NCBI RefSeq assembly: GCF_036365525.1 | Contig: NC_090376.1 | Location: 94,513,105-94,577,104 of the forward strand | Source: Heterodontus francisci | Taxonomy: Eukaryota | Direction: 5' to 3' | DNA length: 64,000 nt | In this document: positions 22,635 through 35,600 of the stretch, in pieces | How positions within the stretch are numbered: position 1 is the stretch's first letter | Layout of the letters: each line of letters begins with the position of its first letter | Notes under the pieces: model-generated | What the model was told of the DNA's origin: nothing | The model's input: only the letters and a program-made list of their open reading frames with translations | The model's database searches: none | Translations under genes and position numbers: made by a program

Positions 22635-24670
22635 AGGAACAGGAGTAGGCCATTCAGTTAGATCCTGGCTGACCCGTATCTAAGCTCCATCTACCTGCCT
22701 TAATATCCTTGCCTAACAAAAATCTATGAATCTCTCATGAACTTTTCAATTGACCTAGTCTCAACAGCTTTTCGGGGAGAGAGTTGCAGACTTCCACTAA
22801 CTTTTGTGTGAAAAAGTGTTTTCTGACAGCAACCCTGAATGGTTTAGCACTAATTTTAAGGTTATGCACCCCTGATCTGGACTCTACCAGCAGAAGAAAC
22901 AGTTTTTCTCCATCTACTGTATAAAATCCTTTGATCATCTTAAACATCTATCTCACTTAGATCATTCCTTAATCTTCTATATTCAAGGGAATACAAGTGT
23001 GAGATTATCCATTTTGGACCAAAAAAGGATAGAGCAGGGTACTTTCTAAATGGGAAAAGGTTAAGAACAGTGGATATCCAAAGAGACTTGGGGGTTCAGG
23101 TGCATAGATCTTTAAAATGCCACGAGCAAGTGCAGAAAATAATCAAAAAGGCTAATGGAATGCTAGCCTTTTTATCTAGAGGACTGGAGTATAAAGACAC
23201 AGAGGTTATGCTGCAGCTGTACAAAACCCTGGTTAGACCCCACTTGGAGTACTGTGAGCAGTTCTGGGCACCACACCTTAGGAAAGATATATTGGCCTTG
23301 GAGGGAGTGCAACGTAGGTTTACAAGAATGTTACCTGGACTACAGGAGTTAAGTTATGAGGAGAGATTACACAAATTAGGCCTGTTTTCCCTAGATTTTA
23401 GAAGGTTAAGGGGTGATCTGATCGAAGTCTTCAAGATATTAACAGGAAAAGATAGGCTAGATAAAGATAAACTATTTCCACTGGTTGGAGATTCATAAAC
23501 TAGGGGGCATAGTCTAAAAATTAGGACCAGACCGTTCAGGAGAGATGTTAGGAAGCACTTCTTCACGCAAAGGGTGGTAGAGGTTTGGAACTCCCTCCCA
23601 CAAACAGCAGTTGAAGCTAGAAGAGTTGTTAACTTTAAATCTGAGATAGATTTTTGTTAAGCAAAGATATTAAGGGATGTGGGCCAAAGGCAGGTATATG
23701 GAGTTAGGCCGCAGATCAGCCATGATTTCATTGAATGGCGGGACAGGCTCGAGGGGCTGAATGGTCTACTCCCGTTCCCAACTTCCTATGTTCCTAAGTC
23801 TACTTTATGAAACCTGCCTTAAAATTTGACCGTTTTACCCTGTATCATTTTGGTGAATCTGTGCTGCACCCCTCCAACGTCAGTATATTATTCTGAGGTT
23901 TGGTGCCCAGAACTGAATGCAGTATTCCAGATGGGGGCAAATTGGAACTCTGTACAGCTGTAACTTAACTTTCCACTCTTTTGTTTTCCAGTCCTCTTCA
24001 GATAAAGGTCACCATTTCATTAGACTTACACATTTTTTGAATCTGTCCACTGGCTTTTAGTGATTTCTGTACTTGGACCCCTAAATCTCTCTGCTCCTGC
24101 ACAGTTCATAGCTTCTTACCATTTAGAAAATACTCTGATCTATCTTTATTGGGTCTAAAGTGGATAACCTCACATTTTCCCACAATAAGCTCCAGTTCCA
24201 CCTCCGACAGATCACCTGATGTCCCTTTGAAAGTTTCTGCTCCCATCTACACCTATGTATCGTGCCACCTAACTTAGTGTTGTTAGCAAAATATAGACAG
24301 CCTCCATTTCTTCATCCAAGTAGTTTATAAATAAAATGAGAAGCAGATCCCTGGGAGATACCACTAGTCACAACCTGCCAATTTGAGTACCTACCCATTG
24401 TTTCTACTCCCTGCCTCCTACCTCCTAACCAGCTTTGTATCCAAGCTTCCAACTCCATATACTTTCATTTTGTAAGTCTGTTATGTGGAACCTTGTCAAA
24501 TACCTTTTTGAAGTCCACATAAATAACATTCATAGACACTCCCTTATCTACTATGTTAACTCAAAAAATTCAACTAGGTATATTAAACATGATTTATCCT
24601 TTACAAATCTCTATGATCAGCTTATATTTGTTCATATGTTCATCTATTTTGTCTCTAGTAACAGGTTCTA
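22635..24670 (-). mobile_element. Old CR1 fragment (-) containing a younger 5'-truncated CR1 (+, about 22995-23795); duplicated at +10,386
   Basis: ORF 22735..22947(-) is the CR1 C-terminus. ORF 23070..23498(+) reads QRDLGV...RPHLEYCEQFWAP and has a CR1 3' tail. 'aagt' flanks the insert on both sides. Confidence 0.8.
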
Positions 24671-25111
24671 GAAACTTGCTCCATGTCTAACTTTACTGTG
24701 GGGAATAGTTGGAGAGGATGGGTGAGGATGAGTTTTTTTGGCAAGGGGGCTGAAGGTGGAACTTTTGCATAAGTGACTCTGGAAATTCAAGTACTTTTAA
24801 GTTGAAAAATACAGTATGTTTTCATGTGTCTTTCAGACTTGACTTAAAATATTTTAATTATTCCTTTTTAAATGCCTGTAATCTCTGGGAAAGTGCCAGA
24901 GGAATGGACATTGGAGTTCAGGGAGCTGGTGTTGGTGAGGAAGCAGTGCTTAATGCAGAACAGGATGCTGGTAGCTTCGTTTTGGTCAAGTGAGAGTTTA
25001 TGGACAGTGGATGATGGATGAGTGTTTGAGTCTTTAAGTCTGGAGCTGAATAAAGCACCAATAAAGTTTTACGTTATACAAATAGCCATTTGGTAGTACA
25101 GAACTTGAATA

Positions 25112-25422
25112 TTGCTGAAAATAGAGAAATTATGTTGAAGCTTTTCGTCGCACTCATCAGGACAATCTGCAACAATACCAAAGTAAGGGAAAACAACAAA
25201 TTTTTACTGTATGAGAAGAGAGTGCTGATTGATTAGTAAGTGAACTCTGGTAGAGGCGTTGACATGGAGAATGTACCAGTTAATGGTGACTCACAGCTGC
25301 AAAGCTTTGTTTGAAATTTAAACCAGGCTGCTTGACTCTGGTCAAGGCATTGCCCTGGGGAATGAACCAGCGAATGGCTGTCAAGACGAAAAGCTTCGAC
25401 ATAATGTCTCTATTTTCAGCAA
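25112..25422. mobile_element. 311-bp element with 38-bp terminal inverted repeats carrying a hammerhead motif (Penelope-derived); duplicated at 35498-35808
   Basis: The left arm TTGCTGAAAATAGAGAAATTATGTTGAAGCTTTTCGTC matches the reverse complement of the right arm at 36/38 positions. Confidence 0.75.
25133..25164 (-). ncRNA. Putative minimal hammerhead ribozyme, second family; duplicated at 35519-35550
   Basis: Minus strand: UGUC CUGAUGA GU-GCG-AC GAAA AGCU UC AACA. Stem III is the palindrome AAGCUU, and the opposite arm retains GACA for a perfect stem I. Confidence 0.6.
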
Positions 25423-26117
25423 GACTAAAGCTTTTAGTGGTGGAGAAGGGTAGGGAAGTAAACTATGGTAATGATGGCATGAAGGATAGGAAGCTCAGCT
25501 GAGGATAAAATACAATGACGAGGTGAATGGTCAGGGAAGGAATAATATCAGTGGCAGTGGAGTTTGATTTATCCCATGGAAACCAAACACAATGGTAGAA
25601 ATTTTCCTGATAATCAGCTGAAAGAAGTTGTGATTCATTAAAGACTTCATGTTGGGCAGACATATCAGCATACACATGATGTAGATGGATGACACTGATA
25701 GATTGTATGTAGATAAAGAGGAGGGGGGCCAGGGATAGATCCTTAAACTCCTGCGGGTAATGGTGTAGGAGAGGGAGGAGATGTTATTGCCGGAGGTGTG
25801 TTTCCTTCATCCAGATAGGCAGGAATGGACCAAGCAAGGTCCGTCCCATGGAGCTAGGTATTGGGGGAATATGACACTGTTAAATGCTGTGGAGGGGACA
25901 AATAGAGCAAGGAGGGATAATACATCATAGTTTCAGATTCCAACCAACTTCGGTGGTTGTCAGAGTAGAGGGATTTGAACAGGGAGTTACAGAAAGGTAG
26001 GCACATAGCTGAGAGTAACATGCTCAAAGACCTTGGGGAAAGGAAAGTTAGATATGGGCCAGTAGTTGGGATAGGATGGATGGGGAAGCATGAGTTTTCT
26101 TCAAAAGGGGACTGAAG

Positions 26118-26630
26118 GGTACACCTCCATCAAATCTCCCCTCAATCTTTTTTGCTGCAAGGAGAACAACCCCACCTTCTCCAACCAAACCTGTAGCTAA
26201 AATCCCCCATCCTTGGAACCATTCTGGTAAATCTACTCTGCACCGTCTCAAGGACTTTCACATCTTTGTTCCTATTAACTAATGGTACAAGGATTAGGGG
26301 ACACAGATAGAAGGTTTGGGGCAAGAGATGCAGGGGGAATATGAGGAACAACTGTTTTACACAGCGGGTTGTAATGATCTGGCTGCCCACAAGGCTGGTG
26401 GAAGCAGAGACAATGACTTCAAGGAAATAAACTTGCAGGGCTACAGGGATCAAGCGGGTGAGTGGGACTGACTGGATGGCTCCATGGAGAGTTGGCATGG
26501 ACTTGATGGGCCAAATGGTCTCCTTCTGTGCCGTATATGAATCCATGATTCTGACTCTATGACTCTGAATCTATCCTTCCTAAATTGTGGTGACCAGAAC
26601 TGGACACAATACTCTAGTTGTAGCCTAACC
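26118..26630. mobile_element. CR1 fragments: a (-) copy interrupted by a (+) 3' fragment at about 26272-26575; repeated at 36504-37016 and continuing at 37801-38010
   Basis: LETVQSRFTRMVP and RLQLEYCVQFWSP on the minus strand, plus a CR1 tail 'atgattctgactctatgactct' on the plus strand. Confidence 0.7.
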
Positions 26631-26642
26631 TCAACTATCACC

Positions 26643-29600
26643 AGAAACGGCTAAAGGCACTAGATACAGCAAAGGCTATGGGCCCTGACAACATCCTGGC
26701 TGCACCTTCGACAGCATCTTCCAAATCTGTGACCTGTATTATCTAAAAGGACATGGGCAGCAGATGCATGGGAACATCACCACCTGCAAATTTCCCTCCA
26801 AGTTACACACCATCCTGACTTGGAACTTTATCGCTGTTCCTTCACCATCGCTGGGTCAGAATCCTGGAACTCCCTAACAGCACTGTGAGTGTACCTACAC
26901 CACATGGACTGCAGCTCACCACCATCTTATGTGGGGCAATTAGGGATGGGCAATAAATGCTGGCCTTGTCTGCGACGCTCACATCCCACGAACAAATGTA
27001 AAAAAAAAGTGGGCTTGAAACTGAGGATAAGGGCATATCGAACAGTTTATTTCCTCAAAATATACCACATACGAAGAATGCCTAATCACGCAAAAAAGAA
27101 CCACAGTAAAATTTAGGACTTATATATACATGAGATGGAAGAACTAGACAAGTTGAAAAGGTTTAAAAGAAATATATAATCAGGTTTAGATGTTTTTATC
27201 CCAGGGAGATTTGTGAGGACACTTGATGTGCCAGTAGATTGGAAACATGCTGTTGCACGTATTCAAAATTGGTGTTGAAAGAGACATGTGCAACTGCAGA
27301 ATGCTTCAATTCCTTATAAAAATAAATGGAATTTTGATCATAAGGAGTAAACTTAAGGATTATCTGTTCAATTATTAAAGAACAGCAACTTGGCTTTAGA
27401 GTGGAAATGCCCAGCCTGAGCATCCTACTTATTTTGAAGAAGTGAAAATCCAAGCTAATTGTGATAAACCCTGCGACATATGTCATTGGATTTCCAAAAA
27501 GCATTTGATAAAGTTCCACATGAAAGGTTACTAATCAAACTTCAAGCTATGATGATTCTGGCCAAAAATTGAATATGAATGGGAAATTGGCTAAAGGTTA
27601 GAGAAACGATGTATGAGAACGAAGATGCCAGAATTTGGGGATGATGGTGGGCACTGAATGGAGTGCTTGAGGACTCTGTATTGGGCCCATTGCCCTTTCT
27701 AATTTACCTCAATGATCTGGCATCAGAAACTGGATGTGAATTGGTCAAATTTTCAGATGATACAAAACTTGAAGGGGCAGTCCTCTGTCCCTCTCTTGGA
27801 TACTCTCTAAAGGCCCATCAAGGCGCAGGCCATTGCCTCCTTTATCAGCAACAATCCTAACTGCATCATTCTGTCTCATTGACTTTCTCACCCAGCACAC
27901 ACACCCACTGGGTGTTAATTTTGCTAATCTCGTCACTCTATTCACCCCAGCAATTAGTGACCCATCTGATTTTGCTGCTGTGTTAACAATTACTGGCTCT
28001 CTTTGCATTTCACTCCAGAATGACCATCCACTTGCAACAAAGACTTTATGGATGGTTGCATTCACATCTTGGCTTTGACTGAAACTTGGCTTGAGGATGA
28101 CAGTACCTTGTCCTTTTTTTTTTTTGAAGCTTCTTCATTTAGTTATACTTGAGACCAATTGTCCTGGCCAAACTGCTGTAGTGGTCGAATGGCCCTTATG
28201 ACCGAATCACACCTTGGTGTGTCTCCCTACTTCTCTGGCACTTGCTTCTCCTTCAACCTTGCTCCACCCCTCTTACCTCACCTTTTAAAATCTTTTTTTC
28301 TGTACTTCAGCCCCTGTTTTTCACCCCCACCCTGTCTCCAAAGCTCCATACAGAGTTTCTCACTAAGGTAGCTTCCTATCATACCTCCCTTGGCCTCGGC
28401 ACTGAGTGGCTCTATCATCCTTGGTCATTTTAATCTCCATCTCAACTCATCTCATTATCTCTCCCTTCAATTCATTGCCCTTCTGTCTTTGCCAAACTTC
28501 TCTTTTTTGATATAAGCTCATGGCCACTTGCTTTCTGGCATGGGCTGTACTCCCATGATCTCTTGTATCCCATATCCCCATACCCCTTACACCATTTTGA
28601 TCTGCATCCACTCCTAGGGAAAATTCTTCCCCCACCTAACATAATTGCACTTAGAACTATTTTTTGGCTTTCCATTTGCTAGAATACTTTTGAAGATGTC
28701 AATCTGCTCGACCATGACCACACTTCCACTTTCAATCCTTGTTCCCAGTAAAAAATGTTACTGTCCGATCCTGGTTGTTTCCTCTGGTATTTTTTTTTTT
28801 TTTTTTTTATTAGGCAGCAGGAACCCCAGTTTTGTTTCCTCTGGTATGCTTTCTATATTAGCTCCGCCAAGTCCAAGGTATGCAGACTTGAGCATATCAA
28901 ATTCAGCCATCTCTTGTCAGATCTGCCTGAACTGCATCAATAGCTGTTAGGCCTCATTGTGCTGTGTCAAAACCACCAGTTATTCCAGAATCACCCTGGA
29001 GAGCAAAGATAACCCCTGGCTTATCTCTACGACCAACTCTTCTCAAATACCTCTGCCCTGCCCCTTCCACCCTCACAGCCAACAAGTGCAAGAAGCTCGT
29101 GGAGTTCTTTGTCACTAATGATACAGTCAAGTGAGGAGAGGTTAAATGGCTTGCCTCTTTTCCTCCTCCTCATTAGAATTAAACCTGTTGTGGTCTTTCT
29201 TAAAGTGGATGTACTGCCTAATTCAGTAAGTGCTTGCTTACTTACTTGCATTGATCAGAACAAGAACCAATCGGACAGGTTTTCTTGAGTTAACAAAGAG
29301 GTTAACTTTATTCTACCTAAACTGAACTAATAAAATAATAAACAACGTCACATACACACTAGAGGTTTACACACACAAAAATAGGTTACAGAGGGGCAAA
29401 GGTAGATTGGTTGAGGTAGAGTCCCGAAGAAAGGTATACAGTCTGTGGGGTTTAGTGATTTGGCTGAATTCAGTGGTCCTGAGGCTTTTAGTATGAAGAG
29501 GTAGATAACTGGTTCGATGAGTCTCTTGGATGATTTCCTCCAATGGGGTTTCGGGTTGTAGCTGGAGTACGCAAAGGTGTTCAGTCAACCAGCAGGATTT

Positions 29601-32600
29601 GAAAGCTTTCAAGCTGGAATGGAGATGGAGTAAGAGGGTCCACTTAGGGTCTGCTCATGTCAGAGTCCAGTTGCTTCTCCTTTGCTGCAGAGAAAACACC
29701 AGCTTAAAACTGCAGATGGGGAGGGGCTTGACACATGACAGTCACTAAGTCATTCAAACATAGCAGTTAGCAGGATTTTTCTGCTTGCTGAAAGAACAGG
29801 TAGTTTCTTTAAACTCCTTGGGTCTTGGTTCTTGCAGGGGAATTAGCAGATATTTCATCTCCTTCCTCACAGTCCTTTGCAATGTAGAATACAGTGTAGC
29901 AAACTAGATGATCATTTTAAGCTGCCAACAATCATCCTTTTTTAAAAGTTCCTTTTAAATTTCTTCAAAAAATATAAATTCAGACTCCAGTCAGTGGACC
30001 AAAGAAAATTATTATTCAGCAAAACACATTGACTTGACTTAAAGGTTGAGACCATCTATTCAGTTGCCTCTGCTGCTTCCTCACCAGCCAAACCTGCCCT
30101 CAACTTCCCCCTGCCCTGGACCTGTAATTCAGTCTCTAGTTTATCTCCCATCTTTCCTCATACCATTCTGAGCTCATCTTGTCTATCAGGCCCACCTTCT
30201 GCTCCTTTGATCCCATTTCTAGTGAACTGCTGACTTCCCAACTTTCCTTCCTGGTGCAGTGCTGGCTGACATTGTAGATGTTTAATTTTAATTTAATTTT
30301 ACGCCCACCACACCCCCACCCCCCCGCCCCGCCTCGCCTCCAGCCCACTCGTGCGGGAGGAGTAAAATTACGGCCTGTATTTCAATATCTACAATTAGGT
30401 CTTTGCCCCAACACATCACTGAAACAACTCTAATTAAAATCACAGATGACCTCTTCGATGAATGAGCATGGTGCATTTTTCCTAATCTGCCTTAACCTGT
30501 GTGCAGCCTTTGACACAGTCAACCATACCAATCTCCTCCGACATCTCCCCTCCAATTCGCTGGCACTGTGCTCACTTGGTTCCACTCTTACTTATCCAGC
30601 AATGCCTTTTCACCCTGCCTTTGCACTCATTGTTACATCTAGCATCCCTGAAGAACTAGCCTTGCCCCCTTCCTCTCCCTTATCTCCATACTGCTCCTTG
30701 GTGGCATCTTCCGAAGATATGGGGTAAGCCTTCAAATGTAAGTTGATGACACTCAGCTATACCTTTCTACCACCTCTGTTGACTGCCCCTCCCCTCCAAT
30801 GTCTCTGTGCTGTTAGAGTGCTTGTCCAACATCCAAACCTGGATGAGCCACAATTTTGTTCAGTTGAGCATTGGGATGATTAAAGCCACCACCTTCAGCC
30901 TGGTCATTCCTTGCCCTCAACTTCGAATCTATCCATCTATCCACAGGCTGAACAGGACTGTTTCCAATCTCAGCATTCAATTTGACCTGGAATTGAACAT
31001 CTGACCCCATATACTGTTCATCACGAAGATTGTCTTACTTCCACCTTCGTAACTGCACCTCAAACTCTTATCCATGTTTTAGTCACCTCCAGACTTAACC
31101 ATTTCAATGCTTTCCTGGCCAGCCTACCATAGTGCATCCTTTCTAAATTTCAGCTGATCCAAAGTTCTACTGCCCATAACCTATCCTGCACAAAGTCACA
31201 CTCGCCCGTCAACTCTCACCTGCATTGCTACCAGTCCTCTGATGCCTTCAATTTAAAATTCCCATCCTCATGTTGAAATCTATTAATAGGTTTGTTTCTC
31301 CCTCCCTCTCTAACTTCCTCCAGCTCTACAGCGATTTCCGCCCACCCCCCCCCCCCCCCCTCCCCCCGCCAGATCCTGTTCATCTGGCTTTGGCCTTTTG
31401 TCAAGATCCCCCGTCCCTTCACCGCACAAATCTTCAGCTGTCTAGGCCCCATGCTCTGAAATTCCCTTCCTAAACCTCTGCACTGCCCTATTTTATCTCA
31501 AAGCCCTCCTTAAAACCAATCTCTTACTGCTTATATCTCCCTTGTCTCTTCATCCATTTTGTTTGATTGTGCCTATATGAAGCACCTTGTTAAATATTAA
31601 ACTTGCTATAAAAAGTAAAGTTGTATTGGATCACAAACTGAGCAGCTGAGCTGTAACATAAATTCAGAGTTTAGAGGTGTTCGGGCAACTGTGGTTTGTT
31701 AGAAACTTTGCAGAAGATGATTGTCACAAAAGATCAAGATGAAGGTTGGGGGGATGGTGAGAGAGACTGACAGGGAAGTGACGGAGATGGAAATATAAAC
31801 ACAATTATACAAAACACAAAGGACTGTGGTAATAGCATGCAGTGATTGAGATGGCTTGGCCATGTGAGCCGTATGGAAGATGGCAGGATCCCCAAGGACA
31901 CAATGTACAGCGAGCTCGTCACTGGTATCAGACCCACCTGCCGTCCATGTCTCTGCTTTAAAGACATCAGCAAATGCGACATGAAGTCCTGTGACATTGA
32001 TCACAAGTCATGGGAGTCAGTTGCCAGCGATCGCCAGAGCTGGCGGGCAGCCATAAAGGCAGGGCTAAAGTGTGGCGAGTCGAAGAGACTTAGCAGTTAG
32101 CAGGAAAAAAGACAGAAGCGCAAGGGGAGAGCCAACTGTGTAACAGCCCCGACAACCAATTTTATCTGTAGCACCTGTGGAAGAGTCTGTCACTCTAGAA
32201 TTGGCCTTTATAACCACTCCAGGCGCTGCTTCACAATCCACTGACCACCTCCAGGCGCTTACCCATTGTCTCAAGACAAGGAGGCCAAAGAAGAAGATAT
32301 ATATATCAGGCAGTGTCCTCCCAGGTATGCCCAGTCTTGTGATTTTCTGAAATCTTAGTTACAACTTTGATTAGACTTTTAATTTGTCTGCATTTTGTGT
32401 AATATATTACTGCAATATTTGAAACAAATCTGAGGGCCAGACTTGACCAGAGTCCTTAGCTGTGAAATGCTTAAAAGGTAGGTGGAGGAGTAGAACTACC
32501 TCAGAGAAAACTAGCAGTATTACACTATTTATTAATATCCAGCTTGAATAGGAGTCAAACATTTATCTGCAATTCTATATTTGTATATATTGCCATCTTT

Positions 32601-35600
32601 TTAATGCAATAGGTCCTACCAAGGGCCTTTACACGATGCTGAGCCATGGGTGAAGGTTTGGGGAGGTAAGTGAAGACTGGGTAGAAAAAGGTGCGTTTTG
32701 AGAAAATTTGTAAAGGAAGACAATGGTAGAGGTGCAAGGAGATTCAGAAAGCAGGACCTAGTTAATTGAAATGAGAACAGCAAGTACCGGAAATACTCAA
32801 CAGGTCTGGCAGCCGCTGTGGACAGAAACAGAGTTAACGTTTCAGGTCTGTGACCTTTCATCAGAACTGAAATCTTTGGCAGTGACTGGGCAATAGAGAA
32901 AGGAGGCACTGCAGATTAGCATTGGATGATTGAAGGGTGTAAGAAGGTATGGTCGGAGGAGCTGAGAGATGGGGAGGAGCAAGACTTTCAAGGGATTTGA
33001 AGGTGTGGACATGATTTTATAGGAACAGGAGTAGGCCATTCAGTTAGATCCTGGCTGACCCGTATCTAAGCTCCATCTACCTGCCTTAATATCCTTGCCT
33101 AACAAAAATCTATGAATCTCTCATGAACTTTTCAATTGACCTAGTCTCAACAGCTTTTCGGGGAGAGAGTTGCAGACTTCCACTAACTTTTGTGTGAAAA
33201 AGTGTTTTCTGACAGCAACCCTGAATGGTTTAGCACTAATTTTAAGGTTATGCACCCCTGATCTGGACTCTACCAGCAGAAGAAACAGTTTTTCTCCATC
33301 TACTGTATAAAATCCTTTGATCATCTTAAACATCTATCTCACTTAGATCATTCCTTAATCTTCTATATTCAAGGGAATACAAGTGTGAGATTATCCATTT
33401 TGGACCAAAAAAGGATAGAGCAGGGTACTTTCTAAATGGGAAAAGGTTAAGAACAGTGGATATCCAAAGAGACTTGGGGGTTCAGGTGCATAGATCTTTA
33501 AAATGCCACGAGCAAGTGCAGAAAATAATCAAAAAGGCTAATGGAATGCTAGCCTTTTTATCTAGAGGACTGGAGTATAAAGACACAGAGGTTATGCTGC
33601 AGCTGTACAAAACCCTGGTTAGACCCCACTTGGAGTACTGTGAGCAGTTCTGGGCACCACACCTTAGGAAAGATATATTGGCCTTGGAGGGAGTGCAACG
33701 TAGGTTTACAAGAATGTTACCTGGACTACAGGAGTTAAGTTATGAGGAGAGATTACACAAATTAGGCCTGTTTTCCCTAGATTTTAGAAGGTTAAGGGGT
33801 GATCTGATCGAAGTCTTCAAGATATTAACAGGAAAAGATAGGCTAGATAAAGATAAACTATTTCCACTGGTTGGAGATTCATAAACTAGGGGGCATAGTC
33901 TAAAAATTAGGACCAGACCGTTCAGGAGAGATGTTAGGAAGCACTTCTTCACGCAAAGGGTGGTAGAGGTTTGGAACTCCCTCCCACAAACAGCAGTTGA
34001 AGCTAGAAGAGTTGTTAACTTTAAATCTGAGATAGATTTTTGTTAAGCAAAGATATTAAGGGATGTGGGCCAAAGGCAGGTATATGGAGTTAGGCCGCAG
34101 ATCAGCCATGATTTCATTGAATGGCGGGACAGGCTCGAGGGGCTGAATGGTCTACTCCCGTTCCCAACTTCCTATGTTCCTAAGTCTACTTTATGAAACC
34201 TGCCTTAAAATTTGACCGTTTTACCCTGTATCATTTTGGTGAATCTGTGCTGCACCCCTCCAACGTCAGTATATTATTCTGAGGTTTGGTGCCCAGAACT
34301 GAATGCAGTATTCCAGATGGGGGCAAATTGGAACTCTGTACAGCTGTAACTTAACTTTCCACTCTTTTGTTTTCCAGTCCTCTTCAGATAAAGGTCACCA
34401 TTTCATTAGACTTACACATTTTTTGAATCTGTCCACTGGCTTTTAGTGATTTCTGTACTTGGACCCCTAAATCTCTCTGCTCCTGCACAGTTCATAGCTT
34501 CTTACCATTTAGAAAATACTCTGATCTATCTTTATTGGGTCTAAAGTGGATAACCTCACATTTTCCCACAATAAGCTCCAGTTCCACCTCCGACAGATCA
34601 CCTGATGTCCCTTTGAAAGTTTCTGCTCCCATCTACACCTATGTATCGTGCCACCTAACTTAGTGTTGTTAGCAAAATATAGACAGCCTCCATTTCTTCA
34701 TCCAAGTAGTTTATAAATAAAATGAGAAGCAGATCCCTGGGAGATACCACTAGTCACAACCTGCCAATTTGAGTACCTACCCATTGTTTCTACTCCCTGC
34801 CTCCTACCTCCTAACCAGCTTTGTATCCAAGCTTCCAACTCCATATACTTTCATTTTGTAAGTCTGTTATGTGGAACCTTGTCAAATACCTTTTTGAAGT
34901 CCACATAAATAACATTCATAGACACTCCCTTATCTACTATGTTAACTCAAAAAATTCAACTAGGTATATTAAACATGATTTATCCTTTACAAATCTCTAT
35001 GATCAGCTTATATTTGTTCATATGTTCATCTATTTTGTCTCTAGTAACAGGTTCTAGAAACTTGCTCCATGTCTAACTTTACTGTGGGGAATAGTTGGAG
35101 AGGATGGGTGAGGATGAGTTTTTTTGGCAAGGGGGCTGAAGGTGGAACTTTTGCATAAGTGACTCTGGAAATTCAAGTACTTTTAAGTTGAAAAATACAG
35201 TATGTTTTCATGTGTCTTTCAGACTTGACTTAAAATATTTTAATTATTCCTTTTTAAATGCCTGTAATCTCTGGGAAAGTGCCAGAGGAATGGACATTGG
35301 AGTTCAGGGAGCTGGTGTTGGTGAGGAAGCAGTGCTTAATGCAGAACAGGATGCTGGTAGCTTCGTTTTGGTCAAGTGAGAGTTTATGGACAGTGGATGA
35401 TGGATGAGTGTTTGAGTCTTTAAGTCTGGAGCTGAATAAAGCACCAATAAAGTTTTACGTTATACAAATAGCCATTTGGTAGTACAGAACTTGAATATTG
35501 CTGAAAATAGAGAAATTATGTTGAAGCTTTTCGTCGCACTCATCAGGACAATCTGCAACAATACCAAAGTAAGGGAAAACAACAAATTTTTACTGTATGA

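Larger units (their letters stand above)
16257..26644 (+). repeat. Tandem segmental duplication, copy 1 (unit 10,386 bp)
   Basis: Every ORF in the track between 16.4 and 26.5 kb recurs with an identical translation at +10,386. The T19 homopolymer I counted is the same length in both copies. Confidence 0.98.
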
